DNA of 49,062 bases, counting the filler, from Sphacelaria rigidula (lineage: Eukaryota): the NCBI GenBank assembly GCA_964200075.2. It is 3 parts of 3 records of this genome, joined end to end, with 100 filler letters (N's around TTAATTAATTAA, not from the genome) between each part and the next. Parts side by side here need not be neighbours in the genome. Positions count along the whole stretch, not along the records: positions 1 to 16,292 come from CAXNAA020001408.1; 2 more parts are not named here. One strand, given 5' to 3'. The position numbers and the translations under genes are program-made. The notes under the pieces were generated by a model. The model was not told the origin of the DNA and made no database searches. It saw only the letters and a program-made list of their open reading frames with translations. Of the stretch, positions 1 through 13,900 are shown piece after piece. How positions within the stretch are numbered: position 1 is the stretch's first letter; each line of letters starts with the position of its first letter.

Positions 1-188
1 TAACGTAATATGTGACATGTCGCGTTACATAATACGTGATATGAACGTTTGGGCAATTGAACGTGACGTGACACATGACGCGTAGTCACGTTCGTGAAAT
101 TCAACGTGACGTGAACGTGACGTGACGCCCAAAATGTCACGTTCACGTCACGTGTCACGCTGTGTCACGTGTCACGTATCCCTCCCTG
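1..188. mobile_element. Right end of a putative non-autonomous DNA transposon with dense ACGTG(AC)/GTCACGT subterminal repeats, truncated by the contig start
   Basis: Many copies of acgtga(c) in 1-125 switch to the inverse tcacgt/gtcacg in 135-177, and the block ends in ...gtatccctccctg (CAGGGAGGGATAC on the minus strand, a CAGG-type terminus). The other end is not in the window. Confidence 0.4.
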
Positions 189-354
189 AACATAACCCCT
201 TGTGAACGAGACGCATCGAGTTTTTGGGGGAAAGAAGCATAAAAAACAAAAGCCTATCCCCAGCTCGACTCGGTACCCTTTTTTGATTGCTTGACGGCGA
301 AAATGTAAAATTGAAATATAACAATCTTTTCGTGAGATTGAAAGTAGAGCGCTG

Positions 355-590
355 ATTGAGAGTGGCTTTGATCATTCGCTTTACCTTAGCCATTTTCCAA
401 TTCCGTGTGTGCTCTTCTCTGCCTCCATCGCTAGCGTGTGTTTACAGCTACACGTTGATATCCTACTCGGGGATATCAAGGGTCTCAGTGGCGAACTACA
501 TAGTTCATATCGTACCTCGTGGAGGGGCATTCCGGAACTGAAACGATTTATTCACCAATTGGCCGCTTTTCACTCTCAATCTCTCACGGA
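355..590 (+). repeat. Dispersed repeat, copy 1 (inverted homolog at 46776-47005)
   Basis: Aligns by eye with the reverse complement of 46776-47005, with shared blocks aattccgtgtgtgct, agcgtgtg-ttacagctacacgt, ggatatcaaggg, cggaactgaaa and ctctcaatc. Confidence 0.7.
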
Positions 591-1060
591 AACATTGTTA
601 TATGTAGCACCCGATAGCGATCTCGCATACACACGCCTGTTGACCGCTCTCGCTCATGCAGCTACCCCGGAGCTCTGCCGAGAGAAATTCATCCCAGTGG
701 GCGAGGGCAGTTGCAAGGGGGCTGGAGAGATCGAGTTGTGCACGCTGGCATACATCGATGTCAGGATTCACCATGAATCGTCGGCGAAAAAACTTGTGAG
801 CACTTCAGGTGTTTGTTCAAAACTGAACATTCGTACAGGCAGGGGCCGGGCAAAGGCAAAACCATACTCAGGAGTCATCCTGCAAAAATGCAAAACTGAA
901 ACGGCGTTGCCGTAAAAATCAAATCAGTCGTTAGGAACCGTCATACTGCACACGACATGGACGCTGCATCGATTCAAAGAGCACGCACGAAACACCCACG
1001 AGACGAAAACAAAACGCGAAACATACGAAACACCAAGACGACAACAAAAACTTGAAAACA

Positions 1061-1091
<31 letters not shown>

Positions 1092-1930
1092 CACCCTCCC
1101 AACAACGGAGAAGACGCATGACTTCTCCAACACCAGTGAGTTGCAACACAAAAAGACAGGGCTGCGATTTGCCGATTTTTCACCGACGAAAAGACTTAGA
1201 CTTTGCCTTCCGCACACCCATATATAAGCCAGTACAATCGACGGCAACCAACCCCGATCTTTGTGCGAGGACCCGAACAAAACCAGACCGCAGCAGGCTT
1301 GACATCACTGCTGCAATCGACGGGGCGCGTTTTTCACCCCTCGCATCGCCAATCCGCTACGGTACCTCTTGTATGCATGCTCCGCCCACAGGGGACCGAA
1401 AAAAAGCCGAACTGATCGGCTCAAAAACAACCAACAAAACACACGCGGTAGGCTTTGCACCCCTGTCCAAAAAAACACGTAGATTACAGTATACCAAAAC
1501 CACAGCTTGGGCAACGCCATGAACCATTCAATGGATGCCATTACCGTCCCACCTGCCCCTCCCCCCCTTCCCCACGACATACGCACATCTCGCCCCCAAT
1601 CGCGTCAAATCGCCTGCTGGTATAAACTCAGCGATTCTTTCTTCTTTGTGAAACACGAAAGCTTCTCTCTGCTTACTCTTCCCCTTTCATCTCCGACATA
1701 TGTCGGAGACATCCTCGTCTTCCTACACAGTCCCAACTCTCGAGATGCGGCGAACGAAATGGAGAAACAAAACAAAACAAAAAATCGCTTGCGGTTCAAC
1801 ACATGTCAAGGCCAATATCCATGACTCCGCACTTTGCGTCGCGTGAGTATATTCGCAAATATTGCAGTTTCACTTCACTCCCTCTTCCCTCTGCTGCAGA
1901 AAAAAGGCAACCACAGTTCATCCATCATCA

Positions 1931-4900
1931 TCACCGCAAATGTTCCCACCCATCAGCCGACCTCACAAGATAATCCGCGTCCATGAGATCAGCGTTCTTG
2001 ATGGCATACCGTAGCTTGTCGAGGCAAACCTCGGCCGAGCTGTACTTGGGTAGAGCCAAACTGAAGAAGCACGTCTGCGCGATCGGCAGATAGTCATCCG
2101 GCTTATCGTAGTCTCTGTGCGGCGCCGTCAGCTTGAAGTTCATGGCGAACTCCGCAGCGGAGCCGGGCAACCGACTTCTGCCCGAACAGAAATTGACGAA
2201 AGCGGCCCGGTCTTCCCGGTCCATCTTTCTCAGTGCTTGCCAGAAGTATTGCACGTGAGTATCGGTGGGCCGAACTCCTTCGTACTCCGTCGCTCGCTGC
2301 AGCAAGTCCACGTCCACCTCGGGCACGCCACAGAACAAAGCCTCTGCCTCCGCGGGAGTGAAGATCGCCAGCAGCTCCACCGGCAGCACGCCGGCCAGCC
2401 CTTGGTACATCATCTCCAGGCACCGCGATCCGCTCGTCAAGCGAAGTTGCTCCACCGCCCTCACCGCTCTCCGCCGCTGTGCCGACGCAAGCGCCTTACC
2501 ACGAGGAGGCAACAGCGCCCCGAGTCCACTCTCCTCAATCCCGCATCCTCCCCCAATGCCTTCCCCGATCGCCGCGTCACCTAGGCTACCGCCGGCACCG
2601 CCGGCACCTACGCCGGACGCTCCGCCGCCCCCACCCGCAGATGATCCACCGGCGCCCCGCTCCTCGGCACACGCCAAGAGGGCCTCCTCCAAAACCTCGC
2701 GTTCCTCGTCCTTGTCCAACCGGCACGCCAAAATATCCCCCAGTCCCTTGGCCAGCATCTTGTCCACCGCTTCCAGATCGCCAGCGCCAAGGGTCGCCCC
2801 GACCAATGGCTTCCACACAAGCGACGGCAGAGCTAGCGGCACATGGATACGGTGCCTTCCCGCCACCCCCAGCAGCCGCCCCATGTGGTGGAACAGGGCC
2901 AAGCGGCCGGGGTCAACGCTCCAACTTCCACCAGCTGAGCTGGGACCGCTGCCGCCTCCGTTGCTGCCCCGAGGGGTGCGTGGATCCAGCAAGAGCTTGT
3001 CCTGGTTCGGGCCGAAACGGTTGCGACCGTTTGGACAGGGCGTTAGAAGGCCCAGCAGACCCGCAGGCTCTTCGCCCATCGCTGTCTGGAATACTGCACG
3101 GTACGGCCCGCCGTGGTCGTCGACTCCCTCGCCTTTGAACTTCACGTAGAAGGCTCGCGGCTGACCGGCATCCTGACAGACATGGATGTGAGGGATTGCG
3201 GTAGACGAGCGTGATGGAGACACGAGTAACCGTTCGGGGGGGGGAGAAGGGGTGAGCGGGATGATTAGCTCGTCTCCCCAAGAGGTGCCGTGCTTGGGTC
3301 TGTTCGTAGCCGAAGGTGAACTCGGGATACAAAACGGCATGCCTCCAGTACAAGTAGTATCACAAATGTGAGAGGATACGACATAGCTGCGCACTCGGTT
3401 CCATAAATTTCGATACAAGCAACCTTGAGTAAGCACAAAGGAAGAAACATCCTTTGACCTTCCCCTCCCCTCCCCTCCCCTCCCCCACCGGAAAAATGAG
3501 CACGTCGTGTACCTGCATGTGCACGAAGCTTCTCCGCAGGTCCCGATCTTCCCAATCCGCAATAGCCTCGTTAAGTTGCCCAAGCAACGAGGCCCTCAGC
3601 TTGTCGCCGAAGTTCAGCGCGTCGCCCTCGACAGCCACACTCCTGGCCTTCACACGATTCACCTCTACCTCGCGGATCTCTTCGGGTCTCTCGTACTCGT
3701 CGGGATTGGGCAGAGTGAAGGTGGTCGTTTCCTGGACGACTAGGTTCCAGTAGCGCATCTGCAGAGGAGAGAGTTGCGCGGCAAACGGGGTCAACCACTG
3801 CTGCGTCAGCCTGCAAGGACTGATCGATTGTCATCATTGTCGCCGTCCCGACGATACGTTAACCCAAAACGCAATAATCACAATCCAGCTTTCCATGGAA
3901 CCGAGTCACGAGGCGGAGAGGGAAGGACGCGGGCAATCAAACCACCCTAACAGAGGAAAACAAAGCAGGACGCAGTTACACCAAGTTACCTTCATCTGCG
4001 TGAACAGCAAACCCCGTAGATCCGCCACAGCACCCCCGGAAGGACTCCGCACGCCCACAGACACCCCTGGCACAAGGGCCGCCTGTCGAAGGTCACCCTT
4101 CGTCAAGGACAGAGGCGCCCTGCTCTCCCGCGCGAGGTCTAGCAAAGGCAAAGCCAGGGCTAAGCGCGCGTTAAGTTCCACAAGCAACAGTAGCCGCGCC
4201 ATGAGCTTCTCCGCACCCATACCCGCCAGCACCGCCACGCCTACGCCAGGCCCCGCCGCCTCCGCAGCGGCCGCTAGCTCCTCCGCCGCTAGGTGTGAAG
4301 GCGGGACGCCCCGACGCCCTGCGACGATGTTGGCAAGGCGTACGAGCGCTTCATCCAGGGCCAGAGAACCCCACCCCTCTGTTACGAGAGCGGAAAACTC
4401 CTCGGCTGTCGCGCGGCGCACCATGGGCAGCGGCGTCTCTTTCATCTCGGTGTGCGCTGCAGGTGTAGTCTCCAAAACCGTCTCAGCAGCAGAGGCAATC
4501 GACAGAGCAGCTACGCTTGAGGTACTGTCTTGGGCGGCGGAGTTGTTTTCAGCCGTGTCATCCGCGGCCCCAGTTGCCGCTACGACAGAGCCGTCCGCAG
4601 AGGGAGTAGCATCAGTAATTGTGGCTGCAGCCGCGGCGTGAGAGGGGGCGGGAGCAGATACATCGTTCGATTCCGACGGTCCGGCATCGCCATTGCTATT
4701 GCCCCTCTCCCCTTCTTCCCCATCTCCCTCGATTAACCGCAAACGGGCGCTGTTGAGAAGGTCGGACAGCTCCTCGCGCGTCCAGTACCACGCCCCAGAG
4801 TCATCCCCGTCGAGGGCAAACCACACGTCTCCCCGCAGGGACCCTAGCACGCGTCCTTCTCCGTAAGGGGTATCTACGCGCTGCTGTACGCGAAGCCCGC

Positions 4901-7900
4901 CAAACCCGTCAGCCACGCCACCCGCCGCTAGCCGAAGCGCCGCGTCCGTCACATCGATATCACAGGAAACGCCGGCGCGTGCAGGGTAGCTGCTGAAGCG
5001 CCCGCATCGCAAGCGGCGATTACGGCGGCGAGCGCCCTCGATGAGCGATGCTGGAGGTGGAACACCGACCAAGAGAGATCGGCGAAGCTCGCGCGCGGCC
5101 ACAATAGCGTCGACGGCCTGTCGCACCCTGCGTGCGTGGCCGAGGCCTTTGCGGCTCAGCCATTTCTGCCCGCGCACCGTCATCTGATCGCCGGCGCTTT
5201 TCATGCCGAAGCAGGGGTACATGGTCAAGCCGTTGCGGCCGGACGCGTCGCTGCGGCCTACCCTCCTCAGGTGGTGGTATGCAATGCCCATGTTGACCAC
5301 CACTGGCCGCCCCATGTTGAAGTCGTCTCCGTCCTTGACGAACGAAAGCGTACCTCGGTCCATGTCCAGCAGCACTCCAACGCGGTCCCCTGCAAGAGAT
5401 AAGAGAAGTTGGAAACCAATGATGTCGGCTCAGTACGGTCGGGTGTAGCGAGGATCAGGTTCCCTGTGCGATTGATGAGGTGTGCCTGTCACAGTGTCAA
5501 CTTTATTGATATCTCGGACGGGTGGCTCGTGGAGTAATGCTCTAGTCATTCCAACTGAACAGGGAGCAGTGTGCATTCTTAGGCTACACGAGGAGCCAGA
5601 GGCGATAAACGCGTGGTGGACGTTCACAACATATACTTACATCGCCGCAACTGTTCAACTACCTCCAATACGGCGGCCGAACGAAATGTCCAAATTCATG
5701 AAACACGCGGAATTAAAAGTAGTAACAATTGGAGATGGCAAAACGACCGAAGTGGGTACATATATACATCACTGGATATTCATCCCAACTAGTTTCACGG
5801 GATGTCAAGACAATTTAGACACACACAGCACTTTGTACTTGGGGGGGAAAGATTGATGCGGCCCAGCTGGTACGCGCTGGGTTTCAGGGATGTTCGACGC
5901 ACAGCGCCAAAAAATACTTTGATGATCGCCGGCTCGCCGCCGAAGTCAACTTTGGGGGCCACCGCATGTTTTGAGACTCGAGGTTGCTGGTTTAGCGAGG
6001 TCGCCGGCTAACACGGTCGCCGCGAGTGTATGTGCAATATATATAAACACGTATATCGCCTGATCAACCACCTCACAGGGGGTCTGACCGCGAACGATAC
6101 CCGGATTTCATGTAGAGTTCAGCGCCATCGTGTAGAGAGTGAGATGCTCGGTTGATTGAGTGTCGCACTTCGACCGATTTCTCAGGGATCCAGCCGTGGT
6201 AATATGATAGACGTACCCGAGACGAAAAAACAAAATTGACACACGCTGAAAAAAATTAGACAGAAAGTGTAGAACAGACCAACAGAGTAGACCAACAAAA
6301 TAAAGTGAGACAAGAAAAGCAAAAAGAAGCAAAAACAAAAGAAGCAAAAGAAATAATGTACGATCATCACTGCAAATCTTGGGGTGGAAGTGCACCGAGT
6401 ACAATGCTCAGCGTCTCTCGTGTAAAACCCACGTCCAAGGAAGGCCGTCGACTCATCGAAAAATGAAGACAAAAATATGACGAAAAATGGTGTATGTTTC
6501 ACGCAGAAACAATTCTCCCTCCGAAAGCTCCTCAGCGCTACGCTTCGATACGGTCGGAGGCCTGTGTCCCCACCCCCATGCCTTGTGCAATTGATTGATT
6601 TATTTATTTTGGTTGATTGCCGCACCTCAGCCGATGCCGCAGGGATCCAGCCGTGATCACTGGAGATCATGTACAATACATCATGATACTATGTCATCAT
6701 GTAGAGGCTTCTCGCACCATTCATGTAGCCACACAACCGAAACCGACTACACGACGAATACGCCACACCATATATTCTTCTCACCTTGGACAAAAATATG
6801 GTCAATAGATCCAATAGACAAAACATATACTGAGCAAAGTGTAGGTCTTTCGTAACTATTGACGCTTGTATGGTCAATAGATGCAATAGACAAAGTATAA
6901 AATGGATAAAGCATAGGTCTATTGCAACTATTGACGACCGACAATAGTTGCAATAGACCTATACTTCACCCAGTACATTTTTGTGTACTGCATCTATTCA
7001 CCACATTTTGCCCAGGGGTTGATATTCTTCCACAACGCCCGCACTACAATACAACGTGAAGCTTCACATCAATACTACTCCACAGGAATCTCTTAACCAC
7101 AACAAGCTGCCCGGCAAAGGAGACCTACATGAGTAAATTCAGACAAGGACGTGAGCACGCGACCGATAGGATGATCGCGATACAGTTGGAAGTCAACTCG
7201 CGATAATACTACACGAGCTAGTCGTCAATTTTTGGCGACATACCTTCGTATCCACTCAATACATGTAGCAGTCGTGTGGAAATTCTGAACAGTGAACTAC
7301 GACGACCCCATCGCACGCAGTGTTACGTTTCAAACAAAAACTCGGAATCTTCAAGTAACGTGATGCTGTAATACATTTTGTGCGCCGAGAGGAGCGATGT
7401 CACTAGTGAAGCTCAAGTGCGCTGAAGATATGTCTCTGGATGCTGCAACGAATTTTTTTGGCGACATACCTTCGTATCCACTCAATACAATGATTAATTT
7501 CGCATCGTATTTGCTCACCTGCAGCATAGTACGCCCCGTACAGGGTCTCCGACCCGTAAGCCTGGCACGCGCGGTAGTTGAGGAAACCGTACCCGTTCCA
7601 CGCTGAGGCATGCCTTGGGGCCACGCCGAGGAACACACTGCCCCAGTTGCAGCGGTCCACCTTCACCTGTGAGGCGTTGGCATCGTACAGTTACACAGGG
7701 GACAAACGAGGGTACATTTGAGGGCATCGGAAAGAAAAGGACCGTCAAGATGATACCCTACTTGTACAGCACACCATCAGAGAACCAGCAAGATTTCAGG
7801 AATTGCTTCTTCGAAGACTCCACGTTCAACAAAATTGAGCATTGCTCCGTTCACCAAAGCGTCACCTGCAACCAGCGGAAAACACAGCACGAAAAGGCTA

Positions 7901-10900
7901 CGTGCGACTAAAGCGACCAGCACCCCAAACCGGGTAGCCCAACCACAACGACAAGAGCGTCGAAAGTGGCACCGGCGGCACATGTGCACAACGGTCCACA
8001 CTGCACGGCGGCACACGAACACCCACCTCCCAATAGTGCACACCGCCACGGAACCCGCGGCTCCCGAGGACCATTCCCCGGCTTCCCGAATTGGAGCACG
8101 CGGCGGTGCCAAGCTCCGACGACAAGCAGACCCCACCGTAGCTTCTCGCACGATCGAACAGGAACAGGCAGCGCGCGCTGACCTCGAAGGTGCCGGTGAC
8201 GTCCACTTCCACCAGTCGGCCGGCGGCTGCCAGGCTTGCGCGGCGCTCCGCGATGCACTTCTCTCTCTCGCAGGCTTCTTTCCTCTTGTCGAGTACCACC
8301 TGGCGACGGAAAGCCTCTGCGGTCAAAGCTTCCTCTGCTTCGGACACCTGTAATGAAAACATATGCGTATGCGTAGCCACGGGAACGAGGGAGGGAGGAT
8401 AGGCGGACAGCGGCGAGGGGGGGAGGGGGGGAGAGGGGAGTGCTCAACGATTTCGTGTTTGAAAAATCAAAACGTGTAGTGTTGTAATTACTCAGTCGTC
8501 TCGCTGCGAAGTGTATCAGATGGAACGAACTAAACCTTTCAACAGTGGGGCCAGACAGTTGATATTACAACACGCTCATGTGCATAGATGAGGGGGGGGG
8601 GGAATACTTGGACATATACCCATATTATTCAGCGTACCGAAGCCTGAAACGGTGATTGTCTTGAGAGAAACGCGAATACGCGCTGGCTTTTTGTAACCTC
8701 TTTGTACACGGTAGCCGTCGCAACCCGATGGTCTGAAGGTAAAACTGATACGATACGGGTAAAAACTAGTGTGGATTCGAGTCCTGCAGATGCCTACAGG
8801 TTTGTTCTTCCAAGTATCTGATTTTCGTGATTAGCAAAAATAGCTTGGTCAACCAAGTCTGACGAGAGTCGACGCGGTGCGGGAGTGCTGATAGCCATGA
8901 TCCAATCCGCGAGACCAAAATACAAAGCGTGTACCGCAGAGAGATGCGTTGACGCCTTGAATCCCCGGACACAATGGACTCGTTGCGAGGAGGGGGAAGG
9001 GTTGAAAGTGTGATCATTATAGAAAAAAAAAAAATTGATTTACTGCAAACGTATGCAAACAAGGTACCTCCAAGCTTGTAAAGGAAGTTCTGATGTCCTC
9101 CGGGCAGTACCTGGCGCATCATGAGCATGCTCTCGTGATGCACTACTACTAAATATATCGTTTCTCCTATTTGTCAGCGTCGTATATCATAGTGCCGACA
9201 GGGCAGTCCATGCTGTGATCATGAACGGCTACACACAGTCAACCCTATGGCCGCGTCTCACTCACTGCATCCAACCATCAATGTTTTACTGTATGCACAC
9301 GTCCTCGGCGAGCAAGATGAGAGCAGGGTGGTGAAAACTGATGAAAAAAAATGTGTGTATACATAGGATTCCTTTTCTCGCGTGGGCATGAACATTAGGC
9401 CACCCCTTGCTATTTTAGCCGCACGAATCCTGTCCCTTGAGATAATTTCCACGAGTCCATATTGAACGGGAACGTCATCATAAGCTTGATTGGTTTATCA
9501 TGAACACCCGCTTATATACTGAGCTATCCCAAGGCGTTCCAAGGACCTCGAAATACGTTATTTTCCCTCAACCTTCCACAGGGTTCAATCAGTTGATCGA
9601 ATGTATATATCGAAGTCTATCGTCAGGTTTTCGACACAATCGAAGCGGTGACGGTGAGTAATGGTACGTGTCATCAGTCTTTCTACCGACACAATACCCT
9701 CAAAATTCTGCAAAAATCGTAATAGCTTCGATCATGTTCGAACACTAGACACTCGTACAATGCACTACGTCATCCCCCTCCTCCCACTCCATTCACCCCA
9801 TTCCTGCGTGTTCTCCACACAAAAAAGGTCGAGGCGGTGTGGCGCCCGGAGCGATGGCGGTACAGGAGTAACACTGAGCAAGCGTTGACGATTGTCCTCA
9901 CTGTGGGTACACCACATACATAAAAGGGGAGAAGAGAATCCACAAATGTCCGTCGAGAAATCACCTTTCTACATTACTCTCTCCATCGGGTGCGCACGAC
10001 GGAGGACATTTATTTTCACGTTCAACTCTGTTTTTTGTTTTTTAATCTAAGATACAACGGTTCATCACACAACGATGACAGATACAAGAAATGCCCCCAA
10101 CAATAAAAAAAAAAAAACTGACACCAATATTTGTGACGACGCAAAGCAAAACATAAAAAAGCAGACCTCGCGGTGGACGATGTGATCCTTCTCCGAAATC
10201 CAGCCAACGTTCTCCGGGGGATCCACAACGCGAAGGCGCATTGTGCCGTCCGGCAGACGCAGCCTCTCCGCCACGCTCACCGTCGTACCCTTGCGGCAAC
10301 CACCGCCCTTAGCTTCAGGGCCCGAGATGTTTGCTGTCTCCCGCACCATGGCGCCTCCGGGACATATGATCTGGTACCTGCGCCGTTGTGTGTGTGGGGG
10401 GGGGGACAAGATATGCGATCATGATCTTAGAATCGTCGAAATTCGTCCCGGGGGTGATGGGCTACCGGCATACGTGCACTGTTGTAGATTTGCTGAAAAG
10501 AGACGCGGTGTTCAACAATAACCTAACGATGGCTTTTGCTTTTTCTGCGGCATGTAGCACGGCAAGGAGCCCAACGAGCGCAGAACAAAGTGTAGAAGAA
10601 TGTTTTCAGTGGGGAAGTCAAGAGCGAACGCGGGGTCGATTTTTTCAAGCGGGAACAGAGCAGGGAACTACGTCATTCATCAAGTGATCCATGAGCTCAG
10701 TTCAACAAATTGTCAAACATGAACGCTCTAGGAGCGAAGTGAGCACCTGCAGTCTCCCATCACTGAACACGCAATCCGTCGTCTACGTGCCGGCCATTGT
10801 GTACACCGCGGCGTGCTAAGACTCACATCACCTTGAATAGTACTCACAACACACGAACACACGCTCTGTACCCTTTCTGGACAACTGGCACAAAAATCGT

Positions 10901-13900
10901 ATCCTCTCTGGACACAACACGCCTTACCTTATCGGCTCCCGCGGACGGTGGTGCAACACCTCCACCACGAGCTCCTCCATGCCCCCCCTGAGCCACTCGC
11001 TGATCCAACCGTCCTTGATCTTGAACCGAGGGATACCGCACGAGCACACGACACGCGCCGACGCCGTTGCGATGGAGCCAAACGCCAAGTTCCCCACAAC
11101 GGAAGCCTCGTCTATCTCCACACCGTCACGCATCGTGGCGCCCTTGCTGTACACCACCTTTAACAGGTATTCCCCAGGGCCGATGTCCGGGGGTTTCTCG
11201 GGCTCCTGCCCTGTCGCGCCGGCGTCAGCCGCGCGGTCATCTTCTGATCGACGTATGCGGTTGGGTACGGGTTTGAGACGGAACTTTAGCTTGTGAGGTA
11301 AATACCGCACCTCGCAAGCATGCGCAGTGATGCCGTGATGCACATATCCTGCTGATGTTTTTGCCCAGTCGCTTGACACGATATACTACGTCCTCAAATC
11401 AACAGCGCTGCCACCTCACACAAACACTACCCGCCGGTTTGCGAACGAACCAGTAAGGACACGGAAACTCTCCAATCTTATGGCATCGCCCTCGTCCGAC
11501 GCAACGCAAGGATATTACGAAGGATTCAAAACGGAGGAGAAAGACACGCACACGAAGACAAAGAAACACGGCACACCTTACCTGCTGGTTTCCCATCCGA
11601 TACCACACCCTCTGCACCCTCGCCGCCCTTCTCTTCCACCACATCCCCTTCATCCTTCGATTCATCACCGCCGCTCCGCACCATGAGATACTCATTATCG
11701 TCATCCTCTTCACTCTCGCGGCGATTGTCGTCACCCCTGTCGCCGGCACCATGTCCATCTGGCTGGACAGGAGCTCCCTCCGCAGCTACGCTATCGCCGG
11801 ATGCCGCAGCCTCGCCGCCACTACCGCCGCCGTCTCCGCTGCTGCCGCCCTCGTTCGGCGAGGCGTCTACCTCCGTGCCGGCAGCTGCGGTCTCGGTCTC
11901 TTCTTCCGCGGCAGCTTTCGCCTCCGCGCGGGCCTTGAACCTGGCCATGATGTGTTGCACCTCGCCAGACATTTCGGCCCCGGCGAGCCCCTCCCTTTCC
12001 TCCCCTTCCTCATCCTCTTCGTCTTCATCATCGTCATCTTCGTCCGAGTCTCGATCTTCGGTTTCCGCCGCTGCTACGGCAGCTGCGGCTGCGGCGGCCA
12101 CTGCCGCCGCGGCACTGTCCGAGCGCCGGGCGTCGGCTGACGTTAGCGCTTGCAGAATCTGGAGTGCGTCGGTGCCGCTACCGAGTAGGCCGCTTGTTGC
12201 CCCTGTATCGCGGCTCTGCCGCACAGCCTCTTGGAGTAGGAGCAGTTGTTCTTGCTCATCGGCCTGGCCGGTCCGTTTTGGCAAGAAGATTGGGTGGGCA
12301 CGCGGGCGAGGGGAAGGCATTACAAGATGGATCGCACATCTCAACATAAAAGCTGCCACCCATGTTTCATATCACGAGAAAACATGGATATTTCAGTAGT
12401 TCAGTATACATCGTGTGAACATTTCTACAAGCACACGTCATTTTCCCGCACCAACACTCAGGTGAATTCACTAGCCCTTCTTTCGGAGAATGTGATTTGA
12501 ACCCTAGTTTGTTTCACCACTTTCGACCGCAACCCTTGTCCTGTCAGGGAATGCTTTCTGAGGAAAGTCATTGAGGAAATCGGAGCGAACACGGAAGTAC
12601 GGCTTGCAAGCGCTACGGAGCACACTGGTACGCCATCCTTATGAACGGATCAGCGATTGCGATAGAAGCCGGAACCGCGGGAGTTAAAAAAAACTACATT
12701 GTACGCTGGCATGAACGTTCGTGTCGGGCAGAAGGCAAGAAGCCAGTCATCTCACGGCACCTCGTCCACAACATGCAGCAGCACCGAGACCAGCAAGCGC
12801 CGAGACACCCGAAGGGGATACTTCACGAGTGTCCTCACCTCTTGCTGTTGCATCTGCAAGAACTCGTTCCGTCGATATTTCTTCCGTCGGTTGCTCACCC
12901 TCCCCTCGTGCTTCGATCTCCGCCCGCTGCCGTGCGACCTACCAGAGCCCTTGCCGTCACCCCTAGGGCCAGGGCTCCCTTTTCCACTGCCGCCGCCTCC
13001 ACCGCCAGACTCTCCAGATTTCTTCGCCGCGTCTTCTCTCTCCTTCCGCTCCTTACGCTTGCGTATCATCAACTCTTGCCATTCGGCTAGCGGAGCCTTC
13101 GCTTCTTCCTCTGTGGCCTCTCGCACCTGTTCATGGCGGGAGTCAATGCGCCGGTGGGAAAATGGTATAAAAAGCGCTTGAGGAACTACAGGTGGATCAC
13201 ACACGGCCTGCGGTGAGTTTGCTCAGCACCAAGCGCATATTCGACATTGTCTCACTCCGCCCTCCACTGGGTTGCAAAACCCCGACAGACACCGCAACCA
13301 TTCCCTCTGGTTGCGTAGAGGTTACACCATTATACATGGATTGACCAACCGTCGGTGAGATAGGGCATATTAATGCCAGTTAATTGGAAATCGCAGAAGC
13401 ATCAGCTTTTGCGGTTTTTGGCAATTGATACACAAGATACACCTTCACCTGAAAAAACGAAAACCAATTCGAAAACAAGGACTTCTAAGATCCTATAACG
13501 CACCTTAGTCCCGCGGTCGAATACCCACGCCGTCGGAGTTCCATCCTCCAACTCTTCTACATGGCTCTTCTTCCCCGAATGCTCGACCAACAGGTGCACG
13601 CCATGCTGCACGCCCTGGAACCACTTACCCTTCCAGTAGCCCCCCTTCCCGCTGAGGCGCAAAACACCCGGGCCATGCTTCAGCCCACGGAGGAACTCCC
13701 CGTGGAAACTGGAAGGGTAATATGACGCAGGCGCCGTCCCCGGCAAGGGTGGCGGCGGTGGTGGCGGCCGCGGTGTCACCTTCGCTGCTTCGGATGTGCT
13801 AGGCGTAGCGGCAGCAGCGTTGGCAGTGGGTGGACTACCCCCGGTACCCGAGCCTGTAACGCACGTCGCGGCAGCACCTCCGTTGTCTTCAGCTTGCTCT

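Noticed and set aside
5859-6660. Possible SINE or tRNA-derived element with the 16-bp direct repeat cagggatccagccgtg (6183, 6640)
   Set aside because: No convincing A/B boxes or cloverleaf; only the short repeat is demonstrable.
9068-9143. Possible extra HECT gene exon (HHESMLMMRQVLPGGHQNFLYKL)
   Set aside because: Flanking exons 10167 and 8347 already join in phase 0, and the candidate has a poor acceptor and incompatible phase.
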